Positions 38,001 through 50,000 of a stretch of 64,000 bases of DNA are shown piece by piece. The translations under genes and the position numbers were made by a program. The number at the start of each line of letters is the position of its first letter. Within the stretch, counting starts at the first letter, position 1. The stretch covers positions 1,389,696-1,453,695 of the forward strand of contig MU058540.1 in the NCBI GenBank assembly GCA_013265495.1. Reading direction: 5' to 3'. The DNA is from Vicugna vicugna. Lineage: Eukaryota. Below the pieces are notes generated by a model that had not been told where the DNA came from, searched no databases, and saw nothing but the letters and a program-made list of their open reading frames with translations.

Positions 38001-41000
38001 GAGCATTTTCTCTGGAGTCAGACAAGCTAGATTCACCTTCCAGCTCTGCCATTTAATGAACAGGGCAGCCTTTTTGAGCCTCAGTTTTTTCATCTGTAAA
38101 AGATGAGAATAAGGAAGAATACTACATACCTAGCAGATTTTTTTTTTTGAGAATTGAGGATATTCTAGTGCCTAGCATGTAAATAGGGTTTAATAAAGAG
38201 TAGCTATTGTAACATGGACAGAGAAGTTTGGGACATTACCATGGTATGGATGACAGCAACCCACCCAATTGGCTATTTTAGAAACCCATCAAGAAGTCTT
38301 AATTATTTACTCTAAGTGGCTGAAGGAAATGTGACCCTGAGTGATGGAGACATGGCTGATGGACATGATAGATTTTTTTAAAAACATGACATTAGGGTAA
38401 ATTCAGAGGCAAAGAAGATTTCATAGTCCTTTTGGAGAGTAAGAGAGCCTGACTGTGAGCTGAGCCCTCTTAGTTCCTGATGAGTGGCACCGTTCATTAT
38501 TGTTCATCATCCTGAGGAGATCATCTGGTCCAGCCCCCAGGAGACAGTTGAGAGCTGTAGGCTCATAGAGGCTGACTGCTTGCCCACGGTCTGTTTAGGT
38601 GAAGATTTGTAGGTCTAGTCTCAGCTTCCAGGTCATGCCCCTTTACATTTTGCTTAATTTATTATCACTTTTATTTCCCAAATAATTATTTTGCATGTTT
38701 TCTAGTAACAGTGAAATCATGTCTGTGTTTCCTTCCTCGTCTTGTGTTGCTTTAAAATAAGTGCTTTTATTTACTTAGCAAATACTTAATAGTAATAGCC
38801 AACTGTTATTCACACATTTAACAAGTCTTATGATGATTTAATCCTCAGACTAACCCTGTGAGGGAGTTGTTAGGCCCATTTTATAGATGGAGAAATGAGG
38901 CACAGAAAGGTTAAATAACTTGCCCCAAATCATAACTAGTAAGTGATGGGACTGAGATTCAAATGCAGTCAACTCCCATTCCAGAGCTGTACTCTTTAAT
39001 CATTCTGCTTCTATAATGCTTCTCATCGGTTGAATATTCCAAGCTGAACATACCCTTGTCATCAGCACCCAAAGGAAGGAACAGAATATTGCCAGCACCA
39101 AATAACCCCTTATGTCTCATTCCAGCATTACCTCCACCAAAGGGTAACCACTGCCTGGATTTCTAACAACAAAGATTAATTTTGTCTTTTTTTTTGTACT
39201 TTATATGAATGGAATCATATAGTATGTATACTTTCATGTCTGGCTTCTTTAGCTCAACATTACTTTTGTGAGATTAATCCCTATTGTTGCATCAGTTTAT
39301 ACATTTCCCATTTTCATTGCTGTATAATATTCTATTATGACTGTACCTCAATTTATTTATACATTTTACTGTTGATGGACATTCGATTAGCTTCCGAATT
39401 TAGGGGTATGCTGAATAGTGCTTTTAGGAACATTTAGTACATATCCTTTGGTGAACAAATGTATACATATCTGTTGGGGATATACGTAAGAGTGGAATTT
39501 CTAGGTTGTAGGATGTGTGTATGTTAAATTTTAATAGCTATTGCCAAACAGTTTTCCAAAGTGGCTGTAACCAATTTGCACTTCCACCAGAAGTGGATGA
39601 GAGTTCTGGTTGCTCTACATCCTTGCCAACACTTGGTATTTTTCATCTTTTTCATTTTAGCCATTCTGGTGGATATGTTTTGAAAATGTCTTTACTTCAT
39701 CTTTGGTAAACCAGATGGCCACTTTATTTTTGCCTGTGTTTAATTTTCAAATTCTGGTCTATTTGTAAATTTTAGTCACAAGCAACTGTCAGCCTTGAAA
39801 ACATAAGCTTTTTTTTGGAGAAATGTTCAAATTAGGCAGGTTCAATGAAAATAATTAGGGTAATTTGTAACCATTAACACATAACATTTCTTACTTGGAA
39901 TGGATCTGATGTTCTGCTTCCTATCACAGTAACAGTCATGTACATTAAGAGAAAGGAGAAGCTGTTCTTTAGGAGTTTTTGTTAAATATTTGGTCTTCAG
40001 ACTATCCTGGATATTAAATAATTTCATTCTGTTTTGTAAACTTGGCACCCCATTAGCATAGCTTTTTATCTTTACTGGAGAAACCAAAATTTGAATTTCG
40101 TAGTTTTTGTATTATAATCTTTACACCTTTCCAGGGGTGATTTTCTCTTATCGTAAAATGGTTGTCTTGTGTCTTTAAAAGTAGCATTTATAAGCAATAA
40201 AAATTCCAAAGCAATACTGTCATATGTATCTGACATACAAAGCTTATTGTATGGTTCACAAATAATGAAATTAGTTGCTTTGAAAAATCGATTGAGAGAC
40301 ATGTCATTGTACCAGAAAAAAGTATGACTTCAGATTCCAAGAAGTGGCTGTGCGTTTTCTCTCTGCTACATGTGAACTGGTGTGCAGCAAGTCTTTTAGT
40401 TTCTCCATGCTTCAGTTTCCTCATCTGTAAAATGTGGGATAATAATGTACACTGTTGTGTTGAGGATTAGAAATAATGTATAAATACTGAAAAATATTCA
40501 ATAGTGACTATTACTGTTTATCTTTACTTATTAAAGTTGCTCAAGAGAGGTCACTAACTGCCTAACTTATCCAAATGTCTAATTCTTTATTTTATTTTAT
40601 TTTATTTTTTATTTTTATTTTATTTTTTGGAAGGGTAGGTAATTAGGTTTATTTATTTATCTTAATGGAGGTACTGGGGGTTGAACCCAGGACCTCATGC
40701 ATGCTAAGAATGCACTCTACCACTGAGCTATACCCTCCCCCAAATGTCTAATTCTTTAGATATTTAAGAATTATATTTTTTAATATTTTAATACAGGAGG
40801 TAGAGATGAGTGCTCTTTGTATCAATGCTTAAGGAGGGAAAGAAACAAGGGCTGGTCCTGTTTATCAGTTTTTCTTATTGAGGCATATACAGGGTAAACT
40901 TTGACCTCAGTATAAGTGAGATAGCAGAGATGCATACACTGAGTTGGGTCCTTGTAGGATTTCCTTATTCATAGTCTAAGATTGCACAATCATATACTGT

Positions 41001-44000
41001 ATTCTCAGAGTGGAAAAAAAAATGAGAGGTCATTTAGTTACCTGGTTGAATAATAATCTGTAAGTATGGCACAAATTACCAGAAAAAAAAAAAAAGATTC
41101 TTTTTATCACAGCTCAATTCTTTACTCCCACTGGAGTGTGACCTCCATGTGGCAGGGATTATGTCCTTTGGCTACTTTGAAAACCAGAGAGTTTGAGGAT
41201 GTTTTGAGTTGGTGAGGTGGGTGTAGGAGAAGGTGTGTGGAGTGGGAGTCCATGGTTGTAATTCAGGGAACCTTAGACTAGAGTGGTGGTGGGTAGGGGG
41301 TGGTGGGAGCAGAAGGGCAAGGGAATGCAATTCACCCAGTATCGCTAAGGGACCTTTTATCTTTGTGTGATAAAGCAAGTGCTACTGGTACTGTTGATAG
41401 ATACTGAAGAACACTTCCCAATATTTATAAGCAGTAGAATCAATCAATATCTATAGTAAAGGGAAAAACTCAAGTGTAAAAATAATATACATTAGTAATT
41501 TAGGCAAAGGGTTTGTGGTTTGTACCTTCTTGCCACAGAAATAAGGACTAGATTTGTTATAAATTACTTGTTGGATTGACGTTTTATTTGTCTACAGTAA
41601 TGATCATTTTGCATGTGTACTCACACTTTATAGTGCATTGGTCATATGTAGCTTGGATGTCAGCCCATCATTTAAAGCATGAGAACATTGATGGTGAGAG
41701 GTCAGTGTATTTAAGTCTCTGACTTATGGAAGTGTGATGTTCTCAAAATTTGTTTCTAAGTTTGAAATTTGGAATGTGTGGTCCAGTAGTAGAAATAGTG
41801 TTGTGAATGTTGAATGGGTTCCCAGTTAGCCCACAAAAGCCATAGTGGGTTAATTATATATTACATAAGCTCACTGGGTGGAAATCTGGGTGTTGGTTGT
41901 TAGGGAACCATTTGAAGGAGGAAGGGAGATGAAAGAGAAGAAGGTTTTTTATTTCCTGTTCTTGGAGTAAGGTCTTTTAGATCATTGAAATCATTGTATT
42001 TCAGCAAGGACTTTTTCTCTGGTTGTGATTGAAGGGTGTAACCAGCATTTAATGAGTGGGCTGGAGATGCTGACGTCATGCTGTATGCAGAATAGTTTCA
42101 CACAAAGGAACATTGTCCTTTGATCCTTTTGACTTCTGAAAGTTTGTTAGATGTTTACAGAGGTGAATTACCTGTTTAGATTATGTAAGCCTATTTACAT
42201 GTAAACACAAAGTATTGCACAGCTTTAAACTACAGTGAATGTTCCAGGACTGCAACATGGGAGAAGATTGTTTTGAACTTTATTTTAGACACTGTTGTCA
42301 TTCTTGGCAATGCCACTCATAGAGTTGAGTCTGTTAGGGTTGAGAACCACTGACTTAGACTGAAACAGCTGAGGTTTGCTTTTGATATACCCTGTCTTCT
42401 CTCCTTTATGTCTCTTTCCCACCTCCTAAGGCTCCTCTTATGTACCCCATTGCCCCGATTCTACCCTCAGTCCTCTGCTACTGTTATCCTCCACCCCACC
42501 CTCGGCCTGTATGCTCTACTCTCCTTCCTTTCTCACCAAAATTCCTAATTATTTAGGATATTTGATTTCAGTTAAGTCAAAGGCAAGGATACAGAACATA
42601 TTTGGGGGCAGGAATGCTACCCTAATTAGATCAACTCTAATTCATAATATGTCCTACAGGGTCAGCTCCCCTAAGCTACTCTTACTTTCATAGCTTCTGA
42701 ATCCACAGATACTCTGGAAACTCTGAGTTTGTTTTTTATTTTCCAAAAATGGTTTCTGTTGCAGTGGCAGTGAGAATGGGGCAGGGGTCTGGGCAGCAGT
42801 TTGTGGTATGTGTGAGTCATTTGAAAGTTGGGAGTTCTGATATGTAGAAAATGCAGATAGGGATTGCCTAAATTCATTTAAGCTGACTTCCTCCTGCCAT
42901 CTGGTGGAGTGCTTTCCCAGACAGAGCTGAAAATATGCCTTTCCCTTTTCTAAGAGAAATCTGTTTGTTTTTCTTCCTCTCTTTTCTTCCTTCTCTCTCT
43001 CTATGTCTCTTTTTTTGAAATCTGTGTTTTTTAACCTATGTGAAAGAAGGGTGTTCAGGAACTCATTTCATTTGAGGAAATGTTTCAACAGAGGTTGATA
43101 TGAAATTAGGGGACTGGCAGTGTATTGTGGGATATCCTTTTGGTGAATCTCAGCAGAACCCCCGCTCTCTCCCTTCCTTTTCAGGTGGAATTGGCTGTGG
43201 CTCCTTAGTTCTCTGAGCCCACAAGAGAGATTCCTCAGCCTCTTTGAGGAAAGTTTACTGCAAGAAGGTTGCATATTCAGCTCCAGGTGGTGTCTCAGCC
43301 ATTCTCAGATATGGAGTCTCACATTCCCCTCAGCTAGCCCCAGGCCCTCGGCTGTCTTTGAGGACCCAGTTTCTGAGATCATTTGTTCATTAGTTCTTTC
43401 CAGAAACTTTTATTGACCATCTGCATTGTATGCCAGGCACCAGGAACTCAAAGATGAATAAGACAAAATTCCTGTTCAGAGAACTAACTGCCTATAAAGA
43501 CAAACAGACCTGGAAACAATAAGCCCAGTAAAGTATTCAGAAGTATGTGTGGAGCTAGAGGGCACAGACAGTCTGGGGCAGAAAGGTGATTCCAGGCAGA
43601 AGTTGCTGCATGAGTTGATACTGAGCTGAGAAGCAGCAGGTGCATTTTGGAGACTGCATATGGTTCTGCGTCATTGGAATGTGGAGTTTAAGGGTGGAAC
43701 ACAGCTAGAAATGATGTTGGAAAGGTAGGGACTAGATCACAGAGGCCTGTATACTGTGCCTCTGGATAGGGCTCAGCTTGTTCTCTGCTGCCATTGATCT
43801 GGGTCTGAGGCAATTGGAACTTCTCTGAACTTCACCTCTGTTGACTTTGTTAAAAGTCAGAAAGATGGTCTACTGTAAGTCAGGCTGCAAGTTCTTGAGT
43901 CAGACTACCTAATCTTAAACCCTAGCTTATTAGCTCTGTAACCTTGGGCAAGTTATTTAACCTTTCTATGTGTAGGTTTCCTCATCTATAAATTGGAGAC

Positions 44001-47000
44001 AGTAGTCTTTTATACTATGGGGTCATTGAGAAAAATAAACTAATTAAAAATGTATAACAAAATGCTTAGGATAGTGCTTGGAATAGAGTAAGCAATTATG
44101 AAATGTTAGCTATTGTTTTAAAAATAATTTTTATTTTCAGAGAAAGATCTTTTTTCTTTTTAATTTTTTCCTGATATTGTTTTTTATTATAAAAGCTTTT
44201 AGATAGAACTTTTAGAATGTACTAATCTCTCTATTTTAAAAACCTTGCATTTTCTAATTATCACAAATGGGAAGGGTATGCCTTCTACCTCGGCTTCACA
44301 GATATACTTATTTCTGTGTTTACAGATGACACTTTTAACCTGCCTTAATGTGTCTAGATAATCAGACGTATTATAATTGATTTGCAATGTGTGAAAGCAT
44401 GTGGATGGATTATTGGATATAATCCTTAGTTCATTCCGCTTATTTGGCAGTTATCATTTATTTGCTTCTTATTATTATCAATAAACATTGATTGAGCATC
44501 CTTATCCAGGACTTTGTGTTGGACACAGATCTAAATGACACAGTTCTAGCTCTAGCTCATAGTTTTCCTTAGGGTTAGAGACCTTTTTTTTATATTTTAA
44601 ACTCATCTTTGTATCCTTCACAGCTACTTTTTATGGTTTGAACCTAGTAACTCTTATTTGAATGTGCTGATACCTTAGGTATTTGTCCATTAAATAATCT
44701 CTGTAGGGGAAACTACTCAAAGGTTTGACAGGGCTTTCTTTTACCATCAAAGTCAAAAAGCTCATTTTGAGCAGTTTGTGCCTCATAAAATAAGCGTATT
44801 TGTTGGTCAGAATTAGGGCTAGTTCTGCTCAAAAATTAAGGACTACCTCAGTATATGGTACGATTTTCCTTTTTCCTCAGTTTCCTCTTTGGGCAATTTT
44901 CAAAGCTCAAATAATCTACCTGCTACCTTTCTCTAAATATCTGTTTGAGGCTGTATCATGAATAACTATCTGTTCTCATTCAATAGTGAATAACCAACAA
45001 TGCCTGTTAGTGGAATAAGTCTTCCTTTTATGAGCATTAGCAAGTGTACTTTCACTTTGGTTAATCTAAGAACAGAAGTTTTAAAATTAGAAATATAATA
45101 TTCAGATTTCATTAATTCCTATTCTTTATGTAAGTTTGGGACTTGTCAAGACAATGAAGTAAAGAAAATTAAAGGGAATATGGTAGGATGACAAGAAATG
45201 TTTCTAACAAAGTGAGACATGCTAAAACTTGGGTCATGAGGTGTAATATCTTCAAGACCAGTGTAGGAAAAAGAATCTGGGACCCAATCACTATGAGAAC
45301 TGAATGGTTGAAGAATTAAGAGAGGCAGGCATCTCTGAGTTACAGTTGATGAGAAGACCCTTAACTTAGTCTTTTTTTGGGTGTGTGTGTGTGGGGTAAT
45401 TGGGTTTGTTTGTTTGTTTGTTTGTTTGTTTATTTATTTATTTATTTATTTCAATGGCAGTACTTGAGGTTGAACCCAGGACCTCATGCATGCTAAGTGC
45501 TCACCCTACCACTGAGCTATACCCTTCCCCTTTGAGCTGTACCCTTCCCCCAACTACCTTAGTCTTAAATCTAGAATGATTAATACAAGGGTGTGTAGAA
45601 AAGAATGGATAAGAAATTACAGCCATAATTCCAGGTGATGGTCAAATATGTTAACACTCAATAAGAGGAATCAGTAAGTAACATGCCTTACTTACATGCC
45701 TGAACCCTTGGTGGTGGGCCAAATTACAAGTGTTCAATTCTAGAAGAAGACTGGCTCAAAACAGACAGGATATTATGACTTCAACTAAGCAGGCTAGGGT
45801 TTAGCAAGGCTCCAGGCTTAGAGGATAAAATTAGAATGTTCATCAGGGCTACTGTTGAGAATTAAGGAAAGAAGGGAGGGTATAGCTCAGTGGTAGAGCA
45901 CATGCTTAGCATGCACAAGGTCCTGGGTTCAATCCCCAGTACCTCCAGTTAAAAAAAAAAATAGAGAGAGAGAATTAAGGAAAGAGAACTTCTCTAGAAT
46001 CTCCAGAATATTGGATGACCTAATATTGGGATGGGGAGTAAGATAAATGGGAGTGCTTCAAATTACCAAGCTACCATAGATATGGGGAAATTTGTGCAAT
46101 TGGTTATAATTGTTGAGAGTATAAATCAGTGTCTTATCTATGGAGGGAAATTGGTAATCTCTGTCAGCATGTAAAATGTGCAGTTCCACTTCTATGAATT
46201 CATCCTACAGAAGGAATCAAATAAGTAAAAAAACCCTACAAGGCTATTTAATGAAATTAATATAAAGGAGAAATCAGGGACTTTATTAAATAAATTATAC
46301 TAAATCTATACAGGGGTATCATTTGTAGATAACTCTTCTATTATTAAAAAGCATTAAATTTTTTGATAGTTTAAAATGCCCAAGATATATTATTAATGGA
46401 AGAAAAGAAGTTTTAGAAGAGTATATATAGAATAATTTTGTTTTACACATCTATCTAGATACATAATTACTTCTATATAGTGACCTGTCATTTTCTATTT
46501 ATACATTTTTAGATTGCTTTAAAATTTTATGATAAGCACTTCACCAGCAGACCAAGAAGATAACTTATCTATTATCATTTATTGCCCTAAACTGAGAAGG
46601 TGTATTTGTGTCCATCTGGTCATCTTTATTTTTGGTAACTAATATCATAGTTGCTTTGTGGGGAGAATATAATGAGAGCTAGTAGAAAAGGATTCTACTT
46701 CTAATAATACAGGAATATCTTGTATTAAGCTAACCCTCGCTCATATAACAATTATGAACTCTGGACAGTATGTAAAAAGCAAATACTTGAAGACTTTGGA
46801 AAGTGGCCAAATCAGGTAGAAACTGATAGAGAACTTGAAAGATGGGAACTGCACTGGGTAAAATTCTCATTTATACAACTTTTTGCCTGAAGATACTCCC
46901 CAGTTTGCATTGTGGGTGATGGCTAGAGCTCAAGCAAAAGTCTGCAGTCTTATTAGCTTGGAGAGTCAGAGGATGGAGTTCAGGGCTATAAGAGGAAAAT

Positions 47001-50000
47001 AAGGGGATACATCTCAGAAAGAAGCAACAGAAGTAGGAGCCCTAAAATCTACTTTAAAACTCTGTCCAAATCCTTGACATTCCTAGGGGGAAGACTCCAT
47101 GGAGCCTGGAAAAGGCAGTGGTTGAAAGCTGAAACAATTGAGCTCAGAATCAACTTCTGTCCACTGCAGGAGACAGAGTTTGGAGTATGAATCTAGCCAA
47201 GTTAATTGCTCAACAGAACAAAATTCTTCAGAAGATAGACAGAATCCAAAATCTCAATAACATCCAGTATACAATAATAAATGATTAGATGTGCAATGAA
47301 GAAAAATATAACTCATTGTCCAGAGAACAGCAGTTAATAGAAATGAGCCCAAGATGACTCAGATATTGGAATGACCAGACAAGGACTTTAAAACAAACTT
47401 GGTAGTAATAAATGAACAGATGGAGAATCTCAGCAGAGAAATGGAAAGTATAAAAAGAACCAGATGTAAAATGTAGAACTTAGAAGTACAGTATCTGAAA
47501 TGAAAAATATATTGGACTTGCTCAACAGCAGATTAAATATATTGGACTTGCTACAGATTTCTGTAGCAATAGCTACAGAAAGTGTCAGTGAACTTGAAAA
47601 TAGAGCAATAGGAATTATCTACTCTGAAGAACAGAAAATAGTGGAAAATAAAAACAGAGCGTCAGTGACTATGGGACAATATTAAATATGTGTACTTGGA
47701 ATCCTAGAAGGAAATGAGAGAGAATAAGACATCTGATAGATTGTACTTTCAAAGATGGCTGCAACAATATCTACTGTGTTATATGTTTTTCTCTTGGCCT
47801 TAGTGGCTCACTTGTAACCAACAGAATGTGGGTGGAAATGACATCCAAGCTACATGGAGCAACCATGTGTAGATGTCCAGTCAACAGTCCTGATTGAGTC
47901 CACTCTGAGACATTCCAGCTCAGGGCTGATCCATGTTAAAGAAGAGGGCTTCCAGTGATCCCAGCTCCCAGCATGCATGTCTTCCCAGGTGAGGCCCCAG
48001 ATATCATGAATAAAAGAAAAGGCATCCCAATTGTCCCTTGAATGAATTTCTAATGCCCAGAATCTGTGAGCTTAATAAAATGCTTACTGTTTTATGGCAC
48101 TAGGTTTAAAGTGACTTGTTATGCTGCAGTAGTTTGAAGTGATTTGTTATGCTGCAGTAGATAACTAAAACAAGACATTGAAAAATATTTGAGGAAATAA
48201 TGGCTGATAACAAAATATTAAAAACACAAATAACCAATTTTAAAATGGGCAGAGTATCTGAACAGACATTTCTTCAAGAAGGTATACAAATGGGGGGAGG
48301 GTATAGCTCAAGTGGTAGAGTGTATGCTTAGCATACATGAGGTCCTGGTTTCAATTACCAGTACCCCCATAAATAACTAAATAAATAACTAAATAAATAA
48401 ACCAAATTACCTCCCCCCACCAAAAAAAATTTTTTTTAAAGATTTAAAAAAAGAAGATATACAAATGATCACAAACACTTGAAAAGATATTCAAAATCAT
48501 TAGACCATCAAGGAAATGCAAATCAAAACCATAATGGCTACTAGGATGGCTATAATAAAAAAGACAGATAATAACAAGTGACAGTGAGGATGTGGGGAAA
48601 TTAGAACTCTCAAATACAGCTATTAGAATTATAAAATGGTGAAACCACTTTGGAAAACAATTTGGCATTTCCTTTTTTAAAAAGTAAAACAGTTAACCAT
48701 TTGACCCAGCAATTCTTATAAGTAGATATCCTACAGAAATAAAAGCATATGTCCACACAAAAACTTGTACTTGCATCTTCATAGTAATGTTATCCATAAT
48801 ATTCCAAAAGTGGAAATAACCCAAATGTCTGTCTACTGATGAATGGATGAACAAAATATAGTATATTTATACAATGGAATATTCTTGGCCATAGGAAAGA
48901 ATAAACTGCTAATTCATGTTACAACATGGATGAATCTTAAAACAATAAACTAAGTGAAAGAAGCTAGTTATGAGACCACATATTATATGACTCCATTATA
49001 TTAAATGTCCAAAGTAGGCAAATCTGTATAGAAAGAAAATAGAATGAGTTGCCTAGTTTTGGAAGGGTTAGGGAGATTGGGAATGATAGCTGAAGAATGA
49101 TAGGTTTTCTTTCTTTTTTTTTTGAATAGGATAGTGAAAATGTTCTAAAATTGATTAAGCAAATGGTTGCACAACTATGGGACTATACTAAAAACCATTA
49201 TTCATTTTAAATGGATGGATGTATGGTATATGAATGATATTTCAAAGGAGTTTACAAACAGACAGGGAGAGATAATGTCTAAAATTTTTCAAGTTTGGTG
49301 AAAAACAGATTTATAGAATCCAAGAAGCTCAGTGAACCCCAAGCAGGATAGATGCAAAGAAAATCACCTCAGGCACATCATAGTCATATTGCTGAAAATG
49401 AAAGATAAAGAGAAAAACTTGAAAGCAGCCAGAGATAAATGCCTCATCACATAAGGAGAACAATAATATTAAATTAATGGCTTGGGGTGTGAGTATAGCT
49501 CAGTGGTAGAGTGCATGCACAGGGTCCTGGGTTCAGTCCCCAGTACCTCTGTTTAAAAGAATAAAATAATGGCTGACTTCTCATCAGTAACAACACAAGC
49601 AAGAAGATGATGGGATGATGTCTTTAAAATACTGAAAGAAACTCACGACCTAGAATTCCATATTCAGCTAAAATGTCCTTTAAAAATGGAAGGTGAAAAA
49701 GAGACATTTTTAGGCAAATGAAAACTGAGGATTCTAGCAGTACTGTAAGAGTACTGTAGGAAGTTCTTCAGATGGAAGAGAAGTGACACCAGATGGGAGA
49801 ATGATGAACAGTGGAAATGTAAATATAAAAAAAAGACTACATATTTTTTCTTCTCTTAATTTTTTAAAAGACAAGATTGTTTAACATTATATTGTGAGTC
49901 TATAACATGTAGCTGTAATATATATGACAACAAGAGATGAATAGCAGGTTCTTATATTTTTATGTGAAGTAGCACAATATTCTAAGTAGACTGTGATTAA

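Noticed and set aside
42071..42078. Second full CRE palindrome TGACGTCA
   Set aside because: Isolated in CpG-poor intronic DNA that resembles an old DNA-transposon remnant. No promoter context.
45873..45947. tRNA-Ala(AGC)-like sequence with A and B boxes
   Set aside because: It has a poly-A tail and a 16-bp TSD and belongs to a 12-copy family in the window, so it is a SINE rather than a tRNA gene.
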